Of a DNA stretch of 64,000 nucleotides, positions 12,323-24,494 are shown piece by piece (position 1 is the stretch's first letter; every line of letters starts with the position of its first letter). The stretch spans positions 169,944,001 to 170,008,000 of the forward strand of contig CM059425.1 in the NCBI GenBank assembly GCA_030390025.1. Direction: 5' to 3'. Source of the DNA: Squalus acanthias. Taxonomy: Eukaryota. A program made the position numbers and the translations under genes. Below the pieces are notes generated by a model. That model was not told the origin of the DNA and searched no databases. It saw only the letters and a list, made by a program, of their open reading frames with translations.

Positions 12323-15286
12323 TCAGAACCCTGTCCCTGCTTTCTCCCCATATCCCTTGATCCCTTTAGCCTTAAGAAATATATCCACCTCCTTCTTGAA
12401 TATATTTAATGAATTGGCCTCTACTGCCTTCTGTGGTAGAGAATTCCACAGGTTCACCACTCTCTGGGTGAAGAAATTCCTCCTCATTTCTGTCCTAAAT
12501 GGCTTACCCCTTATCCTTAGACTGTGACCCCTGGTTCTGGACTCCCCGACCATCGGGAATATCCTTCCTGCATCTAGTCTGTCCAGTCCTTTCAGAATTT
12601 TATAAGTTTCAATGAGATCCCCTCTCATTCTTCTAAACTCCAGTGAGTATAAGCCCAATCGACCCAATCTCTCCTCATACGTCAGTCCTGCCATCCCAGG
12701 TATCAGCCTGGTGAATCTTCGCTGAACTCCTTCCATGGCAAGAACCTCCTTCCTCAGATAAGGTGACCAAAACTGCACACAATACTCAAGATGTGGTCTC
12801 ACCAAGGCCCTGTACAACTGCAGCAAGACATCCTTGTTCCTGTACTCAAACCCTCTCGCTACGAAGGCCAACATACCATTTGCCTTCTTAACCGCCTGCT
12901 GCACCTGCATGCTTACCTTCAGCGACTGGTGCACAAGGACACCCAGGTCTCGTTTCACTTCCCCTTCTCCCAATCTATTGCCATTCAGATAATAATCTGC
13001 CTTCCTGTTTTTGCCACCAAAGTGGATAACCTCGCATTTATCCACATTATATTGCATCTGCCATGCTTCTGCCCAATCACCCAACCTGTCCAAATCATAC
13101 TGGAGTTTCTCGGCATCCTCCTCACAGCACACACGCTTTGTATCGTCTGCAAACTTGGAGATATTACATCTAGTTCCCTTGTCTAGATCATTAATATATA
13201 TTGTGAATAGCTGGGGTCCAAGGACCGATCCCTGCGTTACCCCACCAGTCACTGCCTGCCACTCGTAAAAAGACCCGTTTATTCCAACTCTTTGCTTTCT
13301 GGCTGCCAACCAGTTCTCTATCCAAGTCAATACCTTGCCCCCAATCCCATGTGCCTTAACTTTACACGCTAATCTCTTATGTGGGAAAGTCCAAGTACAC
13401 CACATCCACTGGTTCTCCCTTATCTATTTTACCACATACATCCTCAAAAAATTCCAGTAGATTAGTCAAGCACGATTTACCTTTTGTAAATCCATGTTGA
13501 CTTTGTCTGATCCTGTCACTGTTTTCCAAGTGCTCTGCTATTACATCTTTTATAATGGATTCTTGCATTTTCCCCACTATCGATGTCAAGCTTACCGGTC
13601 TGTAATTCCCCATTTTCTCTCTACCACCTTTTTTGAATAGTGGGGTAACATTAGCTACCCTCCAATCCATGGGTATTGTTCCAGATTCCATCGAATGTTG
13701 GAAGATGATCAGCAATGCATCTACTATTTCTAGGGCCACTTCCTTAAGTACCCTAGGATGTAGATTATCATGCCCCGGGGATTTATCGGCCTTCAATCCC
13801 GTCAATTTCCCCAACAACATTTTCCTACAAATACTGATTTCATTCAGTTCCTCCTTCTCATTAGATCCTATGTTCCCCGACATCTCTGGGAGGTTATTTG
13901 TGTCCTCCTTTGTGAAGACAGAACAAAAATAGGTATTTAATTGGTCTGCCATTTCTTTGTTCCCCATTATAAGTTCCCCTGATTCTGACTGCAAGGGACC
14001 TATGCTTGACTTCACCAATCTTTTTCTCTTCACATATCTATAAAAGCTTTTACAGTCAGTTTTCATGTTCCCTGTAGCTTTTTCTCATATTCTATTTTCC
14101 CCTTCTTAATTAATCCCTTTGTCCTCCTTTGTTGAATCCTAAACTGCTCCCAATCCTCAGGTTTACTGCTTTTTCTGGCCAATTTATATGTCCTCTCCTT
14201 GGATCTTATGCTATCCCTAATTTCCCTTGTTAGCCACGGTTGAGTCACCTTTTTTGTTTTATTCTTATGCCAAACTGGGATGAACAAATTCTGTAGTTCA
14301 TCCATGCGGTCTTTGAATGTTTCCCATTGCCTATCCACTGTCAACCCTTTGAGTGACATTCCCCAAACAATCCTACCCAACTCACGCCTCATACCATCGT
14401 AGTTTCCTTTATTTAAATTCAGGACCCTAGTCTCTGAGTCAACTACTTCACTCTCCATCTTAATGAAGAATTCTATCATATTATGATCGCTCCGACCCAA
14501 GGGGCCTCGCACAACAAGATTGCTAATTAATCCTTTCTCATTACATAATACCCAGTCTAAGATGGCCTGCTCTCTGGTTGGTTCCTCAACATATTGGTCC
14601 AGGAAACCATCCTATAAACACTCCAGGAATTCCTCCTCCACAGTATTGTTACTAATTTGGTTAGCCCAATCTATATGTAGATTAAAGTCATCCATGATGA
14701 CTGCTGTGCCCTTATTGCATGCTTCTCTAATTTCCCTTTTAATGCCATCCCCAACCTCTGCATTACTGTTTGGAGGTCTATATACCACTCCCACTAACGT
14801 TTTCTGCCCCTTGGTATTTCTCAGTTCTACCCATACAGATTCCACATCATCAGAGCTAATATCCTTCCTTACAATTGTGTTAATCCCCTCTTTAACCAGC
14901 AATGCTACGCCACCTCCCTTTCCTTTTTGCCTATCTTTCTTGAATATTGACTACCCCTGGATGTTGAGTTCCCAGCCTTGGCCACCCTGGAGCCATGTTG
15001 CTGTAATCCCAATCATATCATATTCGTTTACCTCTATTTACGCAGCTAATTCATCCACCTTATTCCGAATGCTCCTCGCATTAAGACACAAAGCCTTCAG
15101 GCTTGTTTTTTTAACGCTCTTAGACCTATTAGAATTATTATTTACTGTGGCCATGTTTGATTTAAACCGTTGATTTCTCTGACTGCCACTTTTGTTTTTC
15201 TCCTTCCTATCTTTTGCTTTTATCCTTGTTTCCCTTTCCTCTGTCTCCCCGCTCAGGTTCCCAACCCCCTGCCATTTTAGTTTCAA
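12323..15286 (-). pseudogene. CR1-B ORF2 (APE endonuclease + reverse transcriptase), disrupted
   Basis: LNARSIRNK, VVYRPP, DFN, SDH (APE); NYRPVSLTS, QGSVLGP, FADD (RT); split over several ORFs. Confidence 0.93.
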
Positions 15287-16223
15287 CCCTCCCCCAGAGC
15301 ACTAGCAATCACTCCCCCTAGGACATCGGTCCCGGCCCTGCCAAGGTGCAAACCATCCGGTTTGTACTGGTCCCACCTCCCCCAGAACCGGTTCCAATGT
15401 CCCAGGAATTTGAATCCCTCCCCCTTGCACCATTCCTCTAGCCACGTATTCATCTGAAATATCCTTCTATTTCTACTCTGACTAGCACGTGGCACTGGCA
15501 GCAATCCGGAGATTACTACCTTTGAGGTCCTATTTTTTAATTTACCTCCTAACTCCCTATATTCAGCTTTTAGGACCTCATCCCCTTTTTTACCTATATC
15601 GTTGGTACCTATATGCACCACGACAACTGGCTGTTCACCCTCCCCTTCCAAAATGTTCTTCAGCCGCTCTGAGACATCCTTGACCCTTGCACCAGGGAGG
15701 CAACACACCATCCTAGAGTCTCGTTTGCGGCCGCAGAAACACCTATCTATTCCCCTTACAATAGAATCCCCTATCACTATAGCTCTACCCCTCTTTTTTC
15801 TCCTGTCCTGTGCAGCAGAGCCACCTCTGGTGCCAGGAAGTTGGCTGCTGCTGCCTTCCTCTGATAATGATGTGGCCATCCCCCCCAACAGTATTCAAAG
15901 TGGTATATCTGTTTGAGAGGGGGATGTCCACAGGGGACTCCTGCACTACCTGCCTGTGCCTACTACTCTATCTGTTGGTCACCCATTCCCTTTCTGCCTG
16001 TGCAGCCTTTGCCTGCGGTGTGACCAACTGCTCAAACGTGATATCCACGACGTCCTCAGCATCGCGAATGGTCCAGTATGTATCCAATCGCAGCTCCAGC
16101 GCCATAATGCGGTCTGCCAGTAGCTGGAGCTGGATACACTTCCTGCACACATGGTTGTCAGGGGCACAGGAAGTGTCCCTGAGTGCAGGAGGAGCATACC
16201 ACGGGGCCGAGCTCTCCTGCCAT
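15283..16223 (-). pseudogene. CR1-B ORF1 (Zn finger/coiled coil + SGNH esterase), disrupted
   Basis: CRKC..LELRL; IVIGDS, HIGTND, DGLHL esterase blocks. Confidence 0.9.
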
Positions 16224-16443
16224 GACTTACCCTTTAATTAATTCAAATTAAATTAAATCAAATCAATCCCACCAATTACACTACAGTTAAATGATATACT
16301 TAAGGGCCCTGGTTTACCAACAGTCCCTGCTAAACCACAGAGAGCTTAGAAACTATAATGTGGAGATGCCGGTGTTGGACTGGGGTGGACAAATGTGAGA
16401 AGTCGCACAGCACCAGGTTATAGTCCAACAGCTTTATTTGAAA

Positions 16444-16480
16444 TCACAAGCTTTCGGAGCACTGCTCCTTCATCAGGTGA
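16444..16480 (-). ncRNA. Minimal type-I hammerhead ribozyme motif
   Basis: TCAC-CTGATGA-A-GGAGC-agt-GCTCC-GAAA-GC-TT-GTGA. Confidence 0.8.
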
Positions 16481-16489
16481 AGTCTGACT

Positions 16490-16526
16490 TCACCTGACGA
16501 AGGAGCAGCGCTCTGAAAGCTTGTGA
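16490..16526 (+). ncRNA. Minimal type-I hammerhead ribozyme motif
   Basis: TCAC-CTGACGA-A-GGAGC-agc-GCTCT-GAAA-GC-TT-GTGA. Confidence 0.75.
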
Positions 16527-16790
16527 TTTCAAATAAAGCTGTTGGACTATAACCTGGTGTTGTGCGACTTCTCACATTAGAAACTATAAACCACAGAGTT
16601 TAAGTTTAAAAAGAGGGAAATACTCACCAACCAATCACTTACCTGCTTTCTGTTGACGTCACACTTCGATTACTTTTTACTTCTCTCCCTCCCTCTGAGC
16701 TCGGGATTGGTATGCCTACCTGGTCTCTGCCGCCTCTTTTAAACCTCGCCGCCGCCGCCTGGTTTCCCGCAGGTCCGCCGCCGCTCTGAG

Positions 16791-18560
16791 CCAATCCACG
16801 TGGCCCATTCTAGAATCTAGGGAATTTTGGAAGATCAAAACCAATGCATCCACTATCTCTGCAGCTACCTCTTTTAAAACCCTAGGATGTAGGCCATCAG
16901 GACCAGGGGATTTGTCGACTTTTCATCTAATTAATTTCTCCAGTACTATTTCTTTACTAATACTAATTTCTTTAAGTTCCTCATTCTCGCTAAACTTTTG
17001 GTTCCCCACTATTTCCGGAATGTTTCTTGTGTCTTCTACCATGAAGACAGATACAAAGTATTTGTTTAATGTCTCTGCCTTTTCCTTATTCCCCATTATA
17101 ATTTCACCTGTCTCTGCCTCTAAGTGACCCACATTTACTTTCGCTATTCTTTTCTTTTTTACATACCTATAAAAGCTTTTACAATCTGTTTTTATGCTTC
17201 TTGCTAGTTTACTCTCATATTCTCTTTTCTCTTTCTTTAGCAGTTTCTTGGTCATCCTTTGCTGAATTCTAAAATCCTCCTGATCCTCAGGCTTACTACT
17301 CGTTTTGGCAATATTGTAAGCCTCTTCCTTTAATCTGATATTATCTTTAACTTCTCTTGTCAGCCACGGTTGGACCACTTTTCCCATGGGGATCTAATTC
17401 CTATGGGGAATGTATATTCATTGCAAATTATGAATTAATTCTTTAAATGCTTGCCATTGCTTATCTACCATCCTATCTTTTAATCTAGTTTCCCAATCTA
17501 TGTTATCCTACTCGCTCCTCATACCTACATAGTTTGTTTTAAGACCCAAGTTTCGGACTTAACTAAATCACTCTGAAACTCAATATAAAATTCTATCATA
17601 CTATGATCACTCTTCCCCAGAGGCTCCTTTACTACAAGGTTATTAATTAACCCTTTCCCACTGCACAATACTAGATCTAAAATAGCCTGTTCCCTAGCTG
17701 GTTTCTCGACACATTGATCTAGAAAATTATCTTGAATACATTCCATGATCTCGCCCTTCACACTATTACTGCAAATTTGGTTTGCCCAGTCTATATGAAG
17801 ATTAAAGTCCCCAATGATTACTGTGTTACCCTTGTTACATGTACCTCTAATTTCCTGATTTATAATAGTGTTGGGAGGGGGGGCCTGTAATTTACTCCCA
17901 CCAGTGTTTTCTGTCACTTGTTGTTTCTTAGCTCCATCCAAACTGATTCTACATCTTAATTTTCAAAGCTAAGATCCTTTCTCTCGACTGTCTTTATCCC
18001 ATCCTTTATTATACTCTCCCTCCTTTTTCATTTCACCTATCTCTTCTAAAAGTCAAGTATCCTGGAATATTTACTTCCCAACCTTGGTCTCTCTGCAACC
18101 ACGCCTCCATAATGGCTATTAGATCAAACCCATTTATTTCGATTGGTGCTATTAATTCATCTATTTTGTTGTGAATGCTTTATGCATTCAGATATAATGC
18201 CTTTAGCTTTAACTTTTTCTATTTTTCTCTGATGCCACCTTAGTCACTGATGCCCTATTATCTTTGTTAAGCTCTCTGTCCCTTCCTGACCCATTGTGCT
18301 TATTTTTACCCAAATCGCTACTCTGCTCTACAGCCTTGATATTTCTCTTACTACTTTTGAATCTACGCTTTCCTGAATCGTCCAACACCCCCCCACCGCC
18401 CCCGCAGCCCCCCCCCCCCCCCCCCCGCTTCATTAGGTAAAGCCCTATCTACCGCCCTAGTTATTAGATTCACCAGGACACTGGTCCCAGCCTGCTTTAA
18501 GTGGAGCCCATCCCAATGGAACAGCTTCCTCTTTCCCCAGTACTGGTGCCAGTGCCCCAG
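16791..18560 (-). mobile_element. CR1 LINE copy A, 5' part (ORF2 APE region and ORF1 C-terminus)
   Basis: IIGDFN, LGKSDH, and ORF1 GHWHQYWG..DGLHL. Confidence 0.88.
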
Positions 18561-18599
18561 AAGGAAGCGGAGGAACCAGAAGGGTGGAGGCAAGAAAGA

Positions 18600-18747
18600 C
18601 AAAACATTCCCACTACGCGGCCACGCAGACACGCAGTGGTCGGGAGGTCCCACGCAGGCTGCGCACCGGCTTTTTAATTGAACTAATTGCGCATGCGCAA
18701 TCAGATAAAGGGCCCGGGCACCAAAAAAAAATGACAGGGATCATTGC
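18600..18747. mobile_element. Possible DNA transposon end fragment (hAT-like)
   Basis: GC-rich subterminal motifs (gcgcatgcgc) ending in agggatcattg; family assignment is weak. Confidence 0.3.
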
Positions 18748-18839
18748 CAGGACAGCCCCTTTCTGCCCAGGCTGTCCGTGATTGACTCATTCGCCTGTGG
18801 TATGAGTGAATAAAATCACAATTCCCCTTTCAACACCAT

Positions 18840-21657
18840 TCAATAAGTTGAGAGGGGATGTGAAGATGAAAATAAGATTGGCAAAGAGAGAATATGAGAG
18901 TAGAATGGCGGTTAGCATAAAAGGGAAACCTAAAATCTTCTACCGGCATGTAAACAGTCAGTGGGTAGTAAGAGGCGGGGTGGGGCCTATTAGAGACAAA
19001 GAAGGTGATATATGCTTAGAGGCGCAGGGCAAGGCTAGAATACTCAATGAGTACTTTGTATCGGTGTTTACTACGGAGGTGGATGCTGACAAAATATCAG
19101 TAGAAGTGGAAAAGGTAGAAGCAGTGGAAGGGGTGAAAATTGATAGACAGGATGTACTAGAAAGGCTGGGTATGCTTAGAGTGGACAAGTCGCCTGGTCC
19201 AGATGGCTTGCATCCCAGGTTGCTAAGGGAATTGGGGGAGGAGATAGCGGAAGGGCTTGCCATAATTTTCCAATCTTCCCTCGATGCAGGGGAGGTGCCT
19301 GAGGATTGGAAAGTGGCAAATGTGACACCATTGTTCAAGAAAGGGTGTAAGGACAATCGTAGTAACTACAGGCCGGTCAGTTTAACATCAGTGGTGGGTA
19401 AAGTTTTAGAAACAATAATCAAGGAAAAAATTAACAGGCATTTGGAGAGGTTTAAGCTAATTAAGGAGAGCCAACACAGATTTGTAAAAGGAAGATCGTG
19501 TTTGACTAATCTAATTGAATTTTTTGATGAAGTAACAGAAAGGATTGATGAAGGGAATGCAATGGATGTTGTCTACATGGATTTTAGGAAGGCATTTGAC
19601 AAAGTACCACATAGAAGGCTGGTTAACAAAATTGAGACTCACGGAATAGGTGGGTCAGTGGCAGCTTGGATAAGGAATTGGCTTAAGGACAGTAAACAGT
19701 GAGTTGAGATAAATGGCTGTTTTTCAGACTGGAGAATGGTAGACAGTGGTGTTCCCCAAGGGTCAGTGCTGGACCCACTGCTTTTTTTGATATATATAAA
19801 TGACCTGGATATTGTAATACAGTGTAGAATTTCTAAATTTGCCGATGACACCAAACTTGTGGGTGTGGCAAACAGTGATGATGATACCAATCGACTGCAA
19901 CAGGACATAGAAAGGCTAGCAGAATGGGCAGACAAGTGGCAGATGGAATTTAATACAGAGAAGTGTGAGGTGATGCATTTTGGCAGAAGGAACAGGGAGA
20001 GGCAATATACACTTAATGACACCGTTTTAAAGAGTGTGCAGGGACAGAGGGACCTGGGAGTTAATGTGCATAGGTCCCTGAAGGTGGCAGGACATATTGA
20101 GAGAGTAGTTAACAAAGTATATGGGATCTTGGGCTTCATAAATAGCGGTATTGAGTACAAAAGTAGAGAAGTTTTGCTGAACCTTTATAAAGCGCTGGTT
20201 AGGCCACAACTGGAGTATTGCGTCCAGTTCTGGTCACCACACTTTAGGAAGGATGTGAAGGGCCTTGAGAGGGTGCAGAGGAGATTTACCAGAATGGTTC
20301 TGGGGATGGGGGATCTTAGCTACAAGGACAGGTTGGAGAAGCTGGATTTGTTTTCATTAGAGCAAAGGAGGTTGAGGGGTGATTTGATAGAGGTGTACAA
20401 GATTATGACGGGTTTGGATAGGCTAGACGGGGAAAGGCTGTTCCCACTAGTTGATGGTACAAGGACTAGGGGACACAGATTTAAGGTTTTGGGCAAGAGA
20501 TACAGGGGGGGATGTGAGGGAAAACTTTTTTACGCTGCGAGTGGTGATGACCTGGAACTCGCTGCCGACAGAAGTGGTGGAAGCGGAGACACTCAGGGGG
20601 AAAATTTCAGTTGGTTGCGCCTCCCGTTAGCGCCTTAAGAGGGCGCTAATGGGGCGCAAAGCATCTGGCGCCCAGGCGCGGCGAAGTTTGCGCCGCTCGC
20701 GAAATTAACTAGACATTTTGCGGCGGCGCTAAACACTACCGCCACGATCTCCTGCACCGGCAGATCGTGACGTCAGTCGAGTGCACAACGCCCCGGTATC
20801 GCCCCGGAGCAGATATTGAGTGGTGCCCCCTGCCTTACCGCCTGACGCTAGCAACGACAGGTTGAGGGGAGCGTTCTGCAGTCATGAAGGGAAAGGGGGA
20901 GCGCTATTTAAAGGTGACCGCTTCCTGCCTTTTATTGTTGGTGCCATTTTTGAACTACGCATTCTGAGAGAGAGAGGGAGAGACTTCTGGAGAGATTCAA
21001 CGTTGTGTGAAGGAGTTTTGGGTACTGGGCAGCACTTTGCAGGTTCATTTTGATTTGCCATTCCTTGTATCGATTTAGAAGAGACTGTGGGGGCTGCACT
21101 CTGAGCTCTTTGCCTGGTACTCTCCATTGTTCTTTCCAGCAGATTTGATGTGCAGGTCTCTCCAGGCCGAGATTCAAGGCTGCAATGAGCAGGATGTGGA
21201 TGGAAAGCAACATTAACCATCCCCTTTAAGAACTGGCCCGTGCCATTGTGTGTGTGTTCCATTGCTGACTGACATTACATGAGCTTCGCCAGCGCTCTGA
21301 GGTAGCGCCTCACTCCTCGGCCTTTGCGCCTTAAGACAGGTGTGAAGCGCCTGATTTAGCGCTGCAATCACCTCCAGGGGCGATAAAAGTCAAGTTTGCA
21401 GTCGGTGGCGATAATTAGCGCCAGGCGCTAATCTTTGCGCCCGGCCGATAATTGCGCCCCAAATGGGGCGATACTGAATTTCTCCCCCTCAATGTTTTCA
21501 AGGGGAGACTGGATAGGCACTTGAGGGAAATAAACTTGCAGGGCTATGGGGATAGAGCGGGGGAATGGGACTGACTGGATTGCTCTACAGAGAGCCAGCA
21601 CAGACTTGAGGGGCCGAATTACCTCCTTTTGTGCCGTTATGACTCTGTGACTCTATA
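18840..21657 (+). mobile_element. 5'-truncated CR1 LINE copy C (RT region), interrupted by a MITE
   Basis: ORFs 18806-19702 and 19736-20638 are in frame across one TGA; KSPGPDG, NYRPVSLTS, FADD; (tgactcta/tg)n tail at 21640-21657. Confidence 0.92.
20596..21488. mobile_element. ~890-bp non-autonomous Harbinger element, copy 1
   Basis: TIRs gggggaaaatttcagt / actgaatttctccccc; 3-bp TSD TCA; highly similar to 26937-27827 and 52786-53677. Confidence 0.92.
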
Positions 21658-21701
21658 ACTCTGTTATATCTATGTTCAGAATCCTTAATGCTAACAGTAA
21701 C

Positions 21702-22550
21702 CGGCAAATTTTCATCTCCTACCGCTCCATTTATCGGCATGAATGGGGCAGTAGCAGGACAAATAGTTGCAAAACAAAATTACTGACTTGCTGCTGGAGG
21801 CTCACTTGTTGCGATTTTCAGGTGGGCTTCGATTTAGGCTGCCAATGCCCCTGCCCAAAGCCAGGGGTTCCTAATTAAAATGGGTTGCTTCTATAACATT
21901 GTTAGGACCCAAACGCTTTTTTCATGTCAATTAGTGATTACTACTGTGGCTTCCTGAACACCCACCCCCACCCCCACAAACTATGGCTGGTGGAAGTCAG
22001 GAGGCAGCCATTTGCAGCACCACATAAAGGGATCATAAGCTGCACTCAGGTGAAGCTGGAAGCAGGTTTGACAATGTATTTTTCTTCATTACCTTTTTAA
22101 GCCTTAAAGGCTCCTTTAAGTTCAACTCCTTGCTGCTTGTGTGCTCTTAGCATTTAAAAAAGAAAGAACTTGTATTTATATAGCGCATTTCTTTGCCCTC
22201 AGGACGGCCCAATGGGCTTTACAACCAATGACGTACTCTTGAAGTAGAGTCACTGTTGTAAGGTATTTCCCCGACATTTCAATCTGCTGCTTCATTGACT
22301 CTCCCTCCCCCCCGGATCTTTTCAGCCCTCCCAATTAAGGTGCTGCTGCAGGTCCACTTCAGTCTCTGCGCCACCAGATCTCTCGCCCTCCCAAATGGCA
22401 AGCTGCCTAAAAACAGCACAATTAGTGGTAGCAGCTCGCCTCCTGTATTTAAATGAGGGCCGATCATGAATATCGTTCAGACCTTCCCACCCATGTTATC
22501 AGGCGGGAGAAGCGGACACCTGATGCACACCAGCAATGAAAATCAACTCC
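21702..22550. mobile_element. Old MITE-like element containing an L2-tail fragment at ~22160-22265
   Basis: Imperfect ends ggcaaattttcat / atgaaaatcaactcc. Confidence 0.4.
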
Positions 22551-23153
22551 GAGGTGCATTGAATGGAAAAGTGTCCCGATCACTGCTGCTTAACTCCTAA
22601 CTTTGATAGCAGAAAAAAATTGCCCCAAAAAGTAAGAAATATATATTTAGCATAGCACAAAGCTAACACATGGATAATTAACAAATCTGTCACTTTGCAC
22701 ACTTATTCCAGGCCCCAGTGCAAACTGAGAGTAACAGTGATTGAAACAGAAACCTTACTGAAAACTGTGTTGGCAATTCACAGCAGCAAAGGCCCCAATG
22801 ATGTTTTTAAAGTGGCAGATCTGCTGATAGAAGCTGTGGCTATGCCTGAGTCTTGATCATAATTTTACAAATGCAGTAGTTGTCACAGAAGAGCAATCCT
22901 GCAGGGAAATAGTTGAGATTTGCTTCTAATGGACCAGTATACCACAGATTTAGTGTTAATGTGATTTAGTATTTGTGCTGCAGCAACACAAACACTGCAG
23001 TATAACTCTTGAGTGAAGTTGATCGAATGCTACAAAGAATTCTGGCAAGTGATGTGAGATTACATCAAGGTGGTTGTCTCCAGCATTGTCAAATTTCACA
23101 CCAACTGAATATAATTAAGCTGTTTAAGATGATCAAAGGAGTTGATAAGGGTA

Positions 23154-23358
23154 AAAGTGAGAAGTTGCACAACACCAGGTTATAGTCCAACAGCTTTATT
23201 TGAAATCACAAGCTTTCAGAGCGCTGCTCTCTTCACCTGACGAAGGGGCAGCAGCTCCGAAAGCTTGTGATTTCAAATAAAGCTGTTGGACTATAACCTG
23301 GTGTTGTGCGACTTCTCACTTTTGTCCACCCCAGTCCAACACCGGCATCTCCGCATCA
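23154..23358. mobile_element. Penelope-derived fold-back mini-element
   Basis: Inverted arms aaagtgagaagt... / ...acttctcacttt; TSD ttgataagg(g/a)ta at 23142-23153 and 23359-23370. Confidence 0.88.
23233..23270 (+). ncRNA. Minimal type-I hammerhead ribozyme motif
   Basis: TCAC-CTGACGA-A-GGGGC-agca-GCTCC-GAAA-GC-TT-GTGA. Confidence 0.75.
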
Positions 23359-23578
23359 TTGATAAGGATAGATAGAGAGAAACTCTGGTGGGGGAATCCA
23401 GAACAAGGGGGCATAATCTTAAAAGTAGAGCTGGGCCGTTCAAGGGTGATGTCAGGAAGGACATTTTCACACAAAGGAAAGTGGAAATCAGGAACTCTCT
23501 CCCCGAAAAGCTGTTGAGACTAGGTCAATTGAAAATTTCAAACCTGAGATTGATAGACTTTTGCTTTGCAAGGGTATT

Positions 23579-24368
23579 CTTCTTCTTAGGCAGTCCCTCG
23601 GAACCGAGGATGACTTGTTTCCACATTAAAAATGAGTTCTCAGGTGACTGATGAGTCCAATGCGGGAACTACAGTCTCTGTCACAGATGGGGCAGACGGT
23701 GGTTGAAGGGGCGGGTGGGTGGGGTGCTTGGGTTGATGTGCGCTTCTTGCGCTGCTTGCGCTTGGCTTCCGCTTGCTCCTGGCGAAGAGACTCGAGGTGT
23801 TCGGCGCCTTCCCGGATGCTTCTCCTCTACTTTGTGCAGTCTTGGGCCAGGGATTCCCAGGTGTCAGTGGGGCTGTTGCACTTTTTCAAGGAGGCTTTGA
23901 GGGTGTCCTTGAAGCATTTCCTCTGCCCACCTGGGGCTCTGTTGCTGTGTCAGAGCTCTGAGTAGAGCGCTTGTTTTGGGAGTCTCGTATCGGGCATGCG
24001 GACGATGTGACCCGTCCATCGGAACTGATTGAGCGTGGTCAAAGCTTCGATGCTGGGGATGTTGGCCTGCGCGAGAACACTGATGTTGGTGCGTCTATCT
24101 TGCCAATGGATTTGCAGGACCTTGCAGAGGCAGCGTTGGTGGTACCTCTCCAGTGCTTTGAGGTGCCTGCTGTACATGGTCCATGTCTCTGAGGCATACA
24201 GCAGGGCGGGTATCACTGCTGCTCTGTAGACCATGAGCTTGGTGCTGGGTTTGAGGTCCTGGTCTTCAAACACTCTCTTCCTCAGGCGACCGAAGGCTGC
24301 ACTGGCACACTGAGGGCGGTGTTGGACTTCGTCATCGATGTCTGCCCTTGTTGACAGTAGGCTCCTGA
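23579..24368 (-). mobile_element. RTE-clade (BovB-like) LINE 3' fragment
   Basis: TKLMVYRAAVIPALLYASETW...RWTGHIVRMPDTRLPKQ; (GAA)n tail; TSD ggtatt at 23573-23578 and 24369-24374. Confidence 0.9.
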
Positions 24369-24494
24369 GGTATTAAGAATTACGGAACCAAGGCGGGTAG
24401 ATGGAGTTAAGATACAGATCAGCCATGATCTCATTGAATGGTGGAACAGGCTCAAAGGGCTAAATGGTCTACTCCTGTTTCTATGTTCCTAAGC

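Larger units (their letters stand above)
16358..16576. mobile_element. Penelope-derived fold-back mini-element (inverted pLTR pair)
   Basis: Arms 16392-16484 and 16486-16578 are near-perfect inverted repeats; TSD ttagaaactata at 16346-16357 and 16577-16588; matches the 3' end of the PLE at 59646. Confidence 0.9.
12225..16790 (-). mobile_element. Full-length CR1 LINE copy B nested in copy A
   Basis: (tagaaaca)n tail, ORF2, ORF1 and GC-rich 5' end; the host CR1-A rejoins across ccttcca|...|ccaatcc. Confidence 0.92.
23120..24491 (+). mobile_element. CR1 3' fragment hosting the PLE hairpin and RTE insertions
   Basis: FKMIKG...GESRTRGHNL; 3' tail cctactcctgtttctatgttcct. Confidence 0.8.

Noticed and set aside
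20882..21262. 126-aa ORF recurring in MITE copies (also 53071-53451 and 27163-27438)
   Set aside because: Recurrence is explained by recent copy identity; it is truncated in copy 2 and has no recognisable domain.
22980..23120. Possible exon or ORF (LLSEVDRMLQRIL...)
   Set aside because: Stops follow the candidate acceptor in all three frames and no family was recognised.
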